A program made the translations under genes and the position numbers. Source: Octopus sinensis (taxonomy: Eukaryota). From it: a stretch of 64,000 nucleotides of DNA. The notes under the pieces were generated by a model, which did not search any database, was not told the origin of the DNA, and saw only the letters and a program-made list of their open reading frames with translations. Below, one piece after another: positions 1-12,228 of this stretch (its first letter is position 1; every line of letters starts with the position of its first letter). The stretch is taken from assembly GCF_006345805.1 (NCBI RefSeq), contig NC_043002.1, forward strand, positions 80,848,001 through 80,912,000, in the 5' to 3' direction.

Positions 1-1400
1 AGCCCTTTACTGTTTGAGATGCAGATGCTTCTGGTTATGTTGCATCCCACTGGGCATCGCTCTCCAGCAATCGTTGTTTACACATTTTTCTTTATACGTT
101 TAATACAAATTTCGACTTTGACTTTTCGGTAATCTTTAAATGAACTTGAACCTTCAATTTAATAGAAAAATCGTAGCAAGAAGCATTCATGCTGAGAAGT
201 GTGCATATTGTAATCACTTCCAATGACACTTTTAATTTTTACATTAGGTTGATATTCAAGAATAGCATCTTACATTCTTCGTCTACATTTTTCGTTAGTT
301 CATATATAGTATAGGACGAAAACGGATGGCACAACATTTTTGCAAAAGGATAATACTGGCACAGCTTAAAACTAGAGTACGGTTTGATCATATTCTTTGT
401 GGCGTGCAAATCGTTCACTGCGAAGGTACCTTCAAGAATAAGAAAATCAACAAAGCACCAGGGGTCCTCATTGCTGATATTGTATTGCCCTTGTTCGGTC
501 TTGTTGGGATTAAATATCTTGATCCTGGTTGTTTTGTTGCAAGGAAAAACATTGCATATGATTCTTTGATAGTATATTTACAACATACTGACTTCATTGA
601 ATTGCGGAACTTAAAACTGGTGAGTACATTAAATGTCTCGATTAGGTGCAGTGAATGAGGAAACATTCATCTATTAATGTCATAGTGCCTTACCAATGCT
701 TGGAAGTCCCCATCCATTGGTGCTCTTTGATTTATGAAAGAGTAGCACACATCGCCTGCTTTGGGACTTCATAACAAATGGCTTTGTAACTTGTTCGGTG
801 CAATTATTGTTTTCGATGCAAGTTGAATGTTCACATAGATTTTAATAATACTGATGAGCTCTTCGTCTTTGCATGGACGCCGAAGCTTTGAGGGAATGAT
901 GGAGTTAGTTCACTGTAGTAAATATTATTTTAAAACAAATCAATACGTCTGCAAGTGTCAATTCTTTATTTACCGTTTTGATGAAAACATCATTTGTTTC
1001 ACTAGAACATCTGAGATTCAATATGGGTAGGCTTCAGGTTATGCATATTAGCGAGTTGTAGGACTTTGTTTGACGTCTCGCTAAGAGATGTCCATCATAG
1101 CTCGTACTGGATCCAACTAGCAGCTAATCCGCTTCTTAAAGCGTTGAAGATATAATTGGTATGTCTTGGAAGAATTGAATAGAGAAGGTGGCACTACGGC
1201 TCGGTACGAACAGCATCTTGTTGGAAGTTTCGTGTTTTTATCACAATCGATCTTTCACGTTCCGTTATGTGACCTCATTAAGCTTTGTGCAGCGAAACCA
1301 TCTCTGTCAGATTTAGAAGCAGATTCGTTATCATGCCTGTCGGAAGTTCATGTAGATTCATACAAGGCTTCACTCTGTTTTGATATATATTGGTTTCAAT
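1..1400 (-). mobile_element. Helitron RepHel relic (Rep domain and linker; many stops and frameshifts)
   Basis: Manual minus-strand translation gives colinear Helitron-like motifs: FQQDA, CIENNNCT, FPHSLHLIETFN..SMKSVCCKY, GQYNISNEDPWCF, FKLCQYYPFAKML, SQHECFLLRFF*IEGSSSFKDYRKV, LLESDAQWDAT. Compare the Helitron consensus YAQDA, VPYSPLLSKTFN, GRYISSNEAVWRIF, ECFYLRLLL..GPTSF, LLEDD..WD. Confidence 0.8.
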
Positions 1401-1440
1401 TTTTGGGACAAGACAAGCAATTACGGAAGAGGGTTAAGTA

Positions 1441-1608
1441 GATTTCATCGACCCCACGCCCCACCAGTGGTCAACAAGTGCTTATTTTATCGATGGAAAG
1501 GATGAAAAAGAGAAGTCTACCTCGGAAGTATTTGACTTCAGAACGTAAAGACAGACGAAAGTCCGCTAAGCAGTTTATCCGGAGTGCTATTTTGCCAGCT
1601 CACCGCCC
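1441..1608 (-). mobile_element. tRNA-derived SINE, family A (degenerate)
   Basis: Reverse complement of the ggcggcgagctggcagaa...gagttcaaattccgccgaggtcgactttgcc family seen many times in the window. Confidence 0.75.
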
Positions 1609-1642
1609 TAGTTTACTTGGATATATATTAATAGCTTAAATA

Positions 1643-1838
1643 GGCAGCAAGCTGCTAGAAATATTAGGACGTTCAAAGAAATGCGTTGCACCATTCTGAG
1701 TTCAAATTCTGCCGATGTCGACTTTGCAGTTCCTCCTTCGGGGTCAATGAAATAAGTACCAGTTGTGCACAGTGATCGATGTAATTGATTTTCCCTCTCC
1801 CCTTAAAACTGCTGGCCTTGTGTCACTATTAGAAAGGA
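1643..1838 (+). mobile_element. SINE family A (degenerate), head-to-head with the previous copy
   Basis: ctgagttcaaattctgccgatgtcgactttgc...aagtaccagtt...ggccttgtg. Confidence 0.75.
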
Positions 1839-2470
1839 TATTCATAGACTAAATGCTATCGCCATACATATAAATTCAAGCGTACTTTCATCACTCATTC
1901 CCTGGAAGGGAGTGAGCCAAAAGCGGTTAGATATTCCAGAATAGATACACCACGACATTTCCAAGCGGATCTTGGCCTCGATAGGTTTACAACTCACCGT
2001 CAATATTTGTGCGGATATACACACCACGGACGTCCACTTGAGGTGCTTTCTTTTTCCTTCATTACGAGCGCCAGTCCTGAGAATCTACTATCCATGTTAT
2101 CCCAATTTAGTTGAGTGTATGTTCTTGTTTTTAGCTCCTCTTTTATCCAAATGTCATCAGATGAAGCAGGCATCGCAATCCCTAAGTATGGAGGCCTGGA
2201 CATTTGAGCAGTGTCTTCGATCGCAGCCATTCGGGCGCATGATTTCCGGTTTGCGGCTTCCAGCTTTATCGAGGTTACCACCTTCGCCATTTATATATAG
2301 GCTATGGGCGTTTCGATTTCAGAGATTAAATCATCGCTAGTTGTTACATAGCTGGCGACAAAGTTTGTTTCGAACAACATTAATTCGTCTTGTTTCTAGT
2401 GCCGTCACGGAGTACGTACATGTGCTAGAGACAACCCAATAGGTTATATTCCTCCATTAATATTTTGCAG

Positions 2471-2600
2471 GCATCACCACCAATACCGCGATTACTATCA
2501 ACACAAAGCACCACCGTCACAACCACCACTACAGCAACAACAACAAGCACATTCACCATCATTGCTATTTCTTGATTGCTTGAGTTTCATGTCAGCAGAG
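2471..2600 (+). other. Candidate exon, probably 5'UTR
   Basis: Acceptor tattttgcag|G and strong donor GAG|gtaagt. One frame is open (HHHQYRDYYQHKAPPSQPPLQQQQQAHSPSLLFLDCLSFMSAE). No homology recognised. Confidence 0.45.
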
Positions 2601-3252
2601 GTAAGTATTAGAATCTCGTGTTATGTATGCGTGAGGTTTTATATATCAATACACATGCACTCACAAATATGTGTCTGTGTGTATCTATGTATGTATGTAT
2701 GTATACACATATATGTATGTACCTGCTAGTAAGTTTGTTTATATGTGTATGCTTGTGTGTGGGATGTGAGTGTGTGTGTGTGTGTTTGTGCTTGTGTGTG
2801 TTCGAGTGTGTGTGTGTGTGTGTATCCAAAATATACTCTAATGGAACCTGAACCTTCTCGGATTCTCAACCACTGCCACCACCACCATCCTCCTCCTCGT
2901 CCTTCTCATGATCACCAACAACAACAACAATACCTTGCTCTGACTGCAAGAATGATTGGCACATGCGCTGATGGTTAATGCCACAACTTCCACGTTGTTA
3001 GAGCGTAAGTGAAGTGGCAAATTAATTAGACAGCTGGACGTGTACAACTCGTGAGAAATGTGTGGTGACGTCTATACGTACAGGAAGGTTAAGTGTTGTG
3101 ACCTAATCGGCTTGCTCTACCCGAATAATTAACCTAATTTGACCCCCTGTACACTTACATAGTCCTCGCAATATGTACGTGTACATATTCACAAACCACA
3201 TACATATATACAGGCACACATATCCAAAGAAACACTCACAGACATATATCTA

Positions 3253-3254
<2 letters not shown>

Positions 3255-3323
<69 letters not shown>

Positions 3324-3581
3324 CTAGTGATATATATATATGTGTGTATATACAGAGAGAGAGAGAGGGGGGATTACAGTTGTTCCATCTCTTATATACA
3401 CAGGCAAAATACACACAAGCACACACATATATATACACGAACATACAATCACAAACACGTACACACACATACACACGCAAACACACATATACATATACAC
3501 ACAGAGTACCCAAACACATAAATATATGCGTATGTGCGCGGGTGTGAGAGATAGAGAATATGTGTGTATGAGAGATAGAGA

Positions 3582-3653
<72 letters not shown>

Positions 3654-3660
3654 CGTTTGT
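3255..3660. repeat. Compound (TA)n/(TG)n/(AG)n microsatellite
   Basis: Seen directly. Confidence 0.95.
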
Positions 3661-4045
3661 GTATGTATTATTTGCAATGAGCGGAAGGAAAATTATGTAG
3701 CATGGGAAGGAGGAGATAAATATCTTTTTCTTCATTCGGTCATCCGAAACCAAACTGACTTAATGTTCTTAGGCAATCAAATTAACACCAGGGTTCGAAT
3801 TAAGGGAGATTTAGTAGCTATTTCTAGAACGACTGTTGAATTCACCAGACTATGCTATAGATAGCAAATAGTTTCATTATATAATCAGGCAAAATAAACA
3901 TATTCGACACATTTCACTCTTTACAAATACTAGAATTACCATATATGGGATGCATAGATGAAGTGACGACTAAAAAAATGCAATTTCGAAAAATACAATA
4001 AAATAAAGTAAATGCAATAAAATCAAAAATAAAATCAAAAAATAT

Positions 4046-4378
4046 TTTATAACCCTGCACGCTTATGCGAAAATAGGGTATTGTAATCGTTCGTCTTTGT
4101 TTGTCTGTGTGTTTGCAAAGTTACTGGAAAACGGCTGAAGGGATTTCCACCAAATTTAGCAGAAATACTCATTGGGTGAGTGGCTCGAACTCATTAAATT
4201 TTGGTATGGTAAATCAAAATGAATTTTTACTTTGTTACACATGCATAAACGATAAGGGGGGGAAATCACTCTTGATGTCAAATTGTTGAAATATGAATTC
4301 GTCTTAGATTATTGAATTATATTTCATTTTATCCTTGTGTGAGCGCAGGGTATGCATCTCCTCTCCGATGCCTGTTTT
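4046..4378 (+). mobile_element. Non-autonomous Helentron-type (HINE/DINE-1-like) element
   Basis: 5' ttttataaccctgcacgc...agggtatt; gtctg-type repeat; 3' subterminal inverted copy gagcgcagggta; terminal hairpin gcatc-N8-gatgc; flanking T runs. Confidence 0.65.
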
Positions 4379-4710
4379 TTTTTATTTTGTTTTTTTCATT
4401 TTTCATGTTTTCACGTTTATGATGGACCGAAACTCCGAGTATTTAGTTTCTAAGTTTTTACATACATGCGTAAAGAATCTTTCGTCTTGAAATTTATTTA
4501 TGAATATTTAGCAATGACAAAAAGACATGCGCTTATCGATATATAAAAAGTTAGTATAAAGCGTCTACACCAGCGGTTCTCAGCCGGTTGCAAATGACTC
4601 AACGATCCAAATAACAATTTGTTGCTATGATTTGTGTGCAATAATTCTACATAATTCAATAATTGTGTTATAATTCTACAGTACATAAGATATTGTAACA
4701 GTTTTATATG

Positions 4711-5245
4711 CAGGGTGATTGATAAGTTATCCCCTATTTTAAAATACTTATAAATTACTTATTAATTGTGGCTTAGTGGTTAAGGTATTCGGCTCACGAT
4801 CGCATAGTTGTGAGTTCAATTCCTGGCGACAGGTTGTATCCTTGAGCAAGACACATTATTTCACGTTGCAATCCAGTCAGCTGGTAAAAATGAGAAGTAC
4901 CTGTATTTCAAAGGGCCAACCTTTTCACACTCTGTGTCACGCTGAATCTCCCTGAGACCTACATTAAGGGTACACGTGTCCACGGAGTGCTCAGGCACAT
5001 GCCCATTAATATCACGAGCAAGCTGTTCTGTTGATCGGATCAACTGGAACCCTCGTCGTCGTAACCGACGGAGGACTAGTTGAATTGTATTTTTTTTTAA
5101 ACTGGATATGAGAGGAAAACTTTTAGCATCTGGTTTTATTTATACTTCAGAAAGAAAAAACACAAAAAGAAATTGAGAAAAAATGTATAATTAATAAATA
5201 ATTTACACGTATTTTAAAATAGGAAGTTACTTTTCAATCACCCTG
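4711..5245. mobile_element. Tc1/mariner-type MITE carrying a SINE insertion
   Basis: TIRs of ~37 bp (cagggtgattgataagttatcccctattttaaaatac / gtattttaaaataggaagttacttttcaatcaccctg), with TA on the right flank. Confidence 0.8.
4768..5073 (+). mobile_element. tRNA-derived SINE, family B
   Basis: A box gcttagtggttaagg, B box gagttcaattcc, 3' end ggaaccctcgtcgtcgtaaccgacggag. Confidence 0.85.
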
Positions 5246-6367
5246 TACAATTCCTAATAATATCTTATAAAAATATTAAAATATCTTCTTTAAATATCGA
5301 ATTGTACAGAGGTCCACCAGAGTAAGCTATGAATCAAAGTGTCCCATAGGCAAAAATTTTTAAAAATGGTTTTTAACCATTGCTTTATATAGTGACTCTG
5401 TCTGCTATCTAGAGCTAGCAAATATCTTTCAGACCACATCCTACCATTTTTAACAAATGAAAATGCTCTTTGGACCACATAATGTTGGGTCTACATAAGC
5501 ACTTAGTGATCCCGGTTGGAAAAACTTTTATGACTAGCTTGCTTGAATGTGAAAAACCTGAGTCTAAACAACAGCATCTGCATGATGGTGAATTAAATAA
5601 TATTGATACTATACAATAAGAGAAAACGTCAGCGGTTCATTTCTGTCCATGAACATTGCGTTGTGTCTGTGGTCAGGATATTAAGCATTCGAACGAACCT
5701 CGACGCTTAACATAAGATATGAATAACTATCACTGCTATTATAATGACTTATCACTATTATAACTTATCGCTATTATAATAACTATCACTGCTATTATAA
5801 AATTGGCAAGCCCTTCTTGTAGCTTAGCATCTCAACGCATCGTTGATTGCGCATAGCTATTGTCAAAGGTGTTCCATTATAATGTTGATAGTCCTGTCAA
5901 ATGCCCAGGGGTTTTGGTAACACGCAATTTTCTTAGAAAAACAACTTGCCATAGAACATTATGCTATAGAAAGCTTATCAATATGTATTTACCTATAGCT
6001 AAAATACTCGTACACATGTATTTTTATGAGGAATTAACAAGATTAAAATTTGAAAATGTTGAATCACGCAGGTCGGGTAGCATTCGCCTATTACATTCGT
6101 GTATTTGTACTACTGAGAAATACAGATTGCCTAATGTGGTTCTCCTTCCTATTAGACTGTAAAGACTCATTTGTTGGTGCCTAGCTCGTGTTCTTTGCAC
6201 TCTTGCGAAGTAATTCTCGTTCGACATTTAGCTCTACACAGAAACGAACCCCCAGTTACCTTACCGAGAATTTTGCTCCTTTCTTATAGCACTCAAACAA
6301 ATTCTAGTGGTGTATCATCGTTGAGAGGCTAATATATTACATTATTTAGTGTTATTATTTTTTGCAG

Positions 6368-6446
6368 GTCGAAATTCCATCGAGATTAACGTTTCGTTTC
6401 ATTCGTTCGGAAAAGATGAAAAGAAGCTCCCGTTAAATTTACTGAG
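6368..6446 (+). other. Candidate exon, probably 5'UTR (79 nt)
   Basis: Acceptor gttattattttttgcag|G and donor GAG|gtaggt around a less AT-rich island. Confidence 0.5.
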
Positions 6447-6791
6447 GTAGGTGTTAAACGCCACAAACATGTTAACGGCATATGTTCGGGAATAATAACT
6501 GTGCTGGGTTATTGTACTACTAATAGTAATAGAATAGTAGTACAGACAAATGTTATTCCACTTACTGTAAAAATATGGGGACATATACATGGGAAGAGGT
6601 AGCTGATAGTGTCAAAACGCAAAACATTTTCAATTTAAACTCCCAGAGAGTTGAATCAAATTATCATCTTCTTTTTGGTAACGTAAAGAAAAAATATGTT
6701 AATAAGATATATAAAAAATAAACATGGTGAAATAATGTGCTACTGTTGTAGTGTGGAATCAAATACAACCCAAATAATAATAGTAATAGTA

Positions 6792-7191
6792 ATTGTTTCT
6801 ACTAAAGGCACAAGGCCCGAAATTTGGGAGAGGTGGGAATAGTGGATTATATCGACCGCAATACTTAACTGGTACATATTTTATCGACCCCGAAAGGATA
6901 AAAGGCAAAGTCGGCCTCGTCCGAATTTGAACTCAGAGCGCAAAGACAGAAGAAATACCTATTTATTTACTACCCACAAGGGGCTAAACACAGGGAGGAC
7001 AAACAAGCACAGACAAACGGATCAAGTCGGTTATATCGACCCCGGTGCGTAACTAGTACTTTATTTAATCTACCCCGAAAGGATGATAGACAAAGTCGAC
7101 CTCGGCGGAATTTGAACTCAGAATGTAGCGGCAGACGAAATACCGCTAAGCATATCGCCCGGCGTGCTAAAGTTTCTGCCAGCTTGCCGCC
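6792..7191 (-). mobile_element. SINE family A dimer (full copy plus headless second unit)
   Basis: Two tandem A bodies; junction on the minus strand is aaataaatag-gtatttc near 6955. Confidence 0.85.
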
Positions 7192-7786
7192 TTAATAATA
7201 ATAATAATAATAATATAATAATAATAATAATAATAACAATTTTATTATTATTATTATATTATTATTATTATTATTATTATTATAAAGATAATAACAGCTA
7301 CCATAATTATAATCTAACACTTGCCTTTATTTCACTTTTTTTTCTCTTCATATTTTTGTGACTTGGTATTTAAATTTACTTAATTACTATAATTATTGTC
7401 GAAGAAAAAATTATACTTTGTTTTTTTTTTTACTTCATTTTCTTTCGAATAATTATCACTTGCTTAACACACACAGGCTTTAAACACACACGCATATACA
7501 TGCATGCATACATACATACATACATACATACATACATACATACATACATACATACATGCATACATACACACATACACACATACATACATACACATACACA
7601 CACACTTTCACAAACGAGCACCAATACATGGGGACGGACGACACTGAGAAGAATGAATAAACTTTTCTAAAAACAAACATAAAATGTGGATTTTTTTAAG
7701 GAAATAAGATTTTAAATCAGATTCTCAGCTACAAAAGGAAATGTGAAATAATAATAATACTAACAACAACATCGACGACGACCATA

Positions 7787-7852
<66 letters not shown>

Positions 7853-8085
7853 TGATGATAAAAAGAAGACGAAGAAGAAGAAGAAGAAGAAGAAGAAGAA
7901 GAAGAAGAAGAAGAAGAAGAAGAAGAAGAACAACAACAACAACACAACAACAACAGCAACAACAACAACAACAACTCTAACCGAAATAATCGCGAATACA
8001 AAATGTGAGATGATTGAAAATGAAGAAAATGGTAGAATAAAGAAAACTTAGAGGAAGCAAAGTAATAATAATTATAATAATAATA

Positions 8086-8153
<68 letters not shown>

Positions 8154-8218
8154 AATGATGATGATGATGATGATGATGATGATAATAATAATAATAATAA
8201 TATTAATAATAATAATAA

Positions 8219-8252
<34 letters not shown>

Positions 8253-8420
8253 GTATTAGGAAGACGAGAAAAATGAGGAGGATTAATGGAAGGCGATTGT
8301 GAGGAAGATAAAGATTATAACTAGTGTAAGGGAAAAAAAGGGAGTTGTAGAAGAAGAAGAAGAAGAAGAAGAACAACAACAACAACAACAACAACAAAAA
8401 CAAAAACAAAAGCAAACAGA
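7192..8420. repeat. Cluster of (TAA)n, (CATA)n, (GAT)n, (GAA)n and (CAA)n microsatellites
   Basis: Seen directly. Confidence 0.95.
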
Positions 8421-8467
8421 AGAGCAAGAACCAGAAGAAGCATTACAAGGAAACCCGCTGCACCGTC

Positions 8468-8546
8468 ATGGCGTACCAGCAAACGGTTCTTACACTACTT
8501 CTATATGTAGTCGCAGACTTGCAATTCTGCTCGCCTCCGGTTCGAG
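8468..8546 (+). CDS. Putative first coding exon of a secreted or membrane protein (signal-peptide-like MAYQQTVLTLLLYVVADLQFCSPPVR)
   Basis: gtcATGg start context, in-frame upstream stop TAG at 8348, hydrophobic core, phase-1 donor GAG|gtatgt at 8547. Product not identifiable. Confidence 0.55.
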
Positions 8547-8760
8547 GTATGTGATGTTTATAAACCACGAAAATGGCGAAATAACGATATTTATCGCTCT
8601 TGAATGGGACTGGAGGCGAGTTGTCTCATCTGACTATGATTTTCAGATGTTTTTGCAAAGAATGCTATGAGGGAGTCGTCCCCAAAATGCTATATAGCAG
8701 CCAGCCAGTGAACAAGCAAAATGCATGAGTAGGCGATGATATGTGTGTGTGTGTGTTTGT

Positions 8761-8852
<92 letters not shown>

Positions 8853-9112
8853 GTGGTACTAAAGTAGACAGGACCAAATACCAGTGATTTTTCAGTAAAC
8901 TATTATTCTGGGCCCAAGTATGATCAATAATTGACATTTGTCAATGTCTTCGCCCAGGACGTTAATATTCTAGCTGATTTTAGTCCCACCGCCCGAAGAG
9001 ACATATACACATGTCGGAACAAATTAAGAATGAAAATGCAAGTCAACGTTTTGATTCTCGTGGCTTATTTTGCATATTGGCTATTTGCTATCGGCTATTG
9101 TCGCTATCGTTA

Positions 9113-9500
9113 TGTGGAAGCACTCCGTCGGTTACGACGATGAGGGTTCCGGTTGATCCGAATCAACGGAACAGCCTGCTCGTGAAATTAACGTGTAAGT
9201 GGCTGAGCACTCCACAGACACGTGTACCCTTAACGTAGTTCACGGGGATATTCAGCGTGACACAGAGAGTGACAAGGCCGGCCCCTTGAAATACAGGTAC
9301 AACAGAAACAGGAAGTAAGAGTGAGAGAAAGTTGTGGTGAAAGAGTATAGCAGGGATCACCACCATCCCCTGCCGGAGCCTCGTGGAGCTTTTAGGTGTT
9401 TTCGCTCAAGAAACACTCACAACGCCCGGTCTGGGAATCAAAACCGCGATCCTATGACCGCGAGTCCGCTGCCCTAACCACTAGGCCATTGCGCCTCCAC
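9113..9500 (-). mobile_element. tRNA-derived SINE, family C, full length with TSD
   Basis: Head ggaggcgcaatggcctagtggttaggg on the minus strand. 3' half is shared with family B. 11-bp direct repeat gctatcgttat at 9103-9113 and 9504-9514. Confidence 0.9.
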
Positions 9501-9814
9501 ACTGCTATCGTTATAAAACAGGAGGGATTCTGACTAACGAGAGATAATGATGCCGAAATGCCGGATCACCCAGAATCATTTGTGATCATAATTCGAGTGC
9601 GTGTATGAAAACATACTCTTCGTAAAGGAGTTGTTCTCCTGTGACGAAATTCATCAGCGGTTAGCATAATCATGTTCAAATCTGCATAGAAAGTATTTCG
9701 AACAAATATGCGGATCATTGTTTTTATTCTCACTGCTTACTGTACATATGGGGATCTGTTTCACATATAGATACCTACACACACACTTATACACACACAC
9801 ACACACACACACAT

Positions 9815-9873
<59 letters not shown>

Positions 9874-9882
9874 ATATTTTAA

Positions 9883-10082
9883 GGCGGCGAGCTGGTAGAA
9901 ACGTTAGCACGCCGGGCGAAATTCGTAGCCGTATTTCGTCTGTGGTTACGTTCCGAGTTCAAATTCCGCCGAGGTCGACTTTGCCTTCATCCCTTAGGTC
10001 GATAAATTAAGTACCAGTACGCACTGGGTCGATGTACGACTTAATTGTCCCGTTGTCCTCTGTTTTAGCCCCGTAGTAAGAA

Positions 10083-10166
<84 letters not shown>

Positions 10167-10387
10167 AAGGCGGCGAGCTGGTAGAAACGTTAGCACGCCG
10201 GGCGAAATTCGTAGCCGTATTTCGTCTGTGGTTACGTTCCGAGTTCAAATTCCGCCGAGGTCGACTTTGCCTTCATCCCTTAGGTCGATAAATTAAGTAC
10301 CAGTACGCACTGGGTCGATGTAGCCGACTTAATCCTTTGTCTGTCCTTGTGTGCCCCTCTGTGTTTAGCCCATTGTGGGTAGTAAAG

Positions 10388-10391
<4 letters not shown>
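9883..10391 (+). mobile_element. Two tandem SINE A copies (9883-10084, 10169-10391), each preceded by (TA)n
   Basis: The first ~150 bp are identical, including shared private deletions. Confidence 0.85.
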
Positions 10392-10449
<58 letters not shown>

Positions 10450-10464
10450 GCATACAAATACATA

Positions 10465-10690
10465 GCATCAAGAGCTATTCTAATTCTTGAACTGGATGTC
10501 ACTACACTATTGCAACGGACAGTTTTCCCGTCTAGATTGAGGATCATGTACTGCAGTAGCTTAGGATTCAAGGGCCCACATTTATTTAATGCCTCAGAAA
10601 TATATCTGAACGGTCTTCTTGAAGTAAGGGTAGATGGTTTCAAGAAACAATTTGATCTCCTGCTGTCCAAGCTCCCACATGAAACTAAAT
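10465..10690 (+). mobile_element. CR1-like LINE 3' fragment
   Basis: Translates to SRLRIMYCSSLGFKGPHLFN...VDGFKKQFDLLLSKLPHE, similar to the C-terminus of the CR1 copy near 44800. Confidence 0.7.
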
Positions 10691-10929
10691 CACTGTAAGA
10701 AACTCGAAAGAGGACACCTGTGTCGGACTCCTTCCTTTACCAAAAGCCAATCGCATAAGAGTGGCCAGTGAAAAGGTGGTGACACCGGCGGTGGTCACAG
10801 TGTTTGGGCGGACACATACAAAAGTATAAAAGAATAAAGAATATATACATATACATACATACGTACAATCATATATGTATGCATATATATATATACACAC
10901 ACACACACACGCTATCTAATAACTTTGCC

Positions 10930-11763
10930 AGTTCTTGTTCAAATGACTTCAAATTTTAACAGCATGTGTAGAAACGGGTCAAAATTTTATGTTTAATGTT
11001 TGATATGTTTTTGTTTTCAGATATAGAAGTGGCATTCACTGGAAGAGAAAAGGCGTTTTGTGTGCTGGAGTATGCTCGAACACAGTCGAACAAGACTGTG
11101 CAGCGTGCATTTGTGAGATAGTTCTCTAAAAGTAACCAACGTCTTTGCAGATTTGGATATAGCACAAAAAATTCAAAGAGTAAGGCTGTCTGTGCAGGGC
11201 AAAAGGATTTGAACGACCACTAACATAGAAAGAGACAGTCGAGTGGGTTCACCAAAAATTCTTGCGAAGCACCAAGATGTCCATAAGAACAAGTCTGGAA
11301 ACCCAGAATTCTCCAACGACAGTTTGGCGCGTCCTGAAGAAACGCTTGCTACTGAATCCCTACAAGCTGCAGCTGGTTCAGGCCATAACGGCAGATGACA
11401 AACGAAAGCACAAACATGGGGATATGTGAAGTGTCTAATCTATATCCCCACTCTTCATGCAAACCTAGAGGAACTCGGGCAGAGAATGACTACCGCACTG
11501 GAGACTGTCACGCAAGACATGCTGCATCGTGTTTGGGAGGAGCTGGACTACTGAATTTACGTGTGTCGTGTCTCAGGTGGTGCACATATTGAGCATTTGC
11601 GAAATCGTTCATCGAATCCACATACCTTTGAATTTCTCATTCAAATTTGGAGGAATAAATCTTATGTTGCTCAACATTAAGCCTGTTTAGTTTTATTTGC
11701 TTTCACTATGTAGTTTCTGTGATATTTACACCTCAAATAATACCAAATTTTTTGAATACCCTG
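10930..11763 (+). mobile_element. Tc1/mariner maT-type transposon relic, internally deleted
   Basis: N-terminal HTH-like AFTGREKAFCVLEYARTQSNKTVQRAFVR, then WRVLKKRLLLNPYKLQLVQAITADDKRK, C-terminal MLHRVWEELDY..GAHIEHL. 3' TIR ttttgaataccctg followed by TA. The catalytic core is missing. Confidence 0.8.
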
Positions 11764-11790
11764 TATATATATATATATATTATATATATA

Positions 11791-11837
<47 letters not shown>

Positions 11838-11840
11838 ATA

Positions 11841-12228
11841 GTGGCTGTGCGGTAAGAAGCTAGCTTCCAAATAACATGGTTCTGGGTTCAGTTCCATCGC
11901 TTCGCACCTTGGGCGAGTGTCTTCTGCTATACCTTCGAGCTGACTGAAGCCTTGTGAGTAGATTTGGTAGATAAAAACTGAAAGAAATCCTTCGTATATG
12001 TGTGTAGGGGTTTGTGTGTATTTGTGTGTGTGTATGTCTTTGTGCCTGTATTTTCCCCCTACCATCACTTGACAACCGATGCTGGTGTGCTTACATCACC
12101 GTAACCTAGCTGTTCGGCAAAAGAAAAAGTTCTGGGTTCGATTTCAGCAACTGAAACTCCTTTAAGGCGGTGCTCCGGTATGGCCGCAGTCAAATGACTG
12201 AAACAAGTAACAGAATAAAAGAATAAAT
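11841..12228 (+). mobile_element. tRNA-derived SINE, family D
   Basis: gtggctgtgcggtaagaagc...gggttcagttcc head, ccttgggcgagtg core-like segment, tail ggcggtgctcc...gactgaaacaagtaa. Confidence 0.85.

Noticed and set aside
1428-1440. TTAACCCT piggyBac-like end on the minus strand
   Set aside because: No partner terminus was found, and the adjacent sequence reads as Helitron.
2000-2290. Minus-strand ORF as a LINE endonuclease or Gypsy fragment
   Set aside because: Only vague resemblance, with no diagnostic motif.
5850-6250. Possible Helitron N-terminal relic
   Set aside because: Motifs could not be aligned convincingly by eye.
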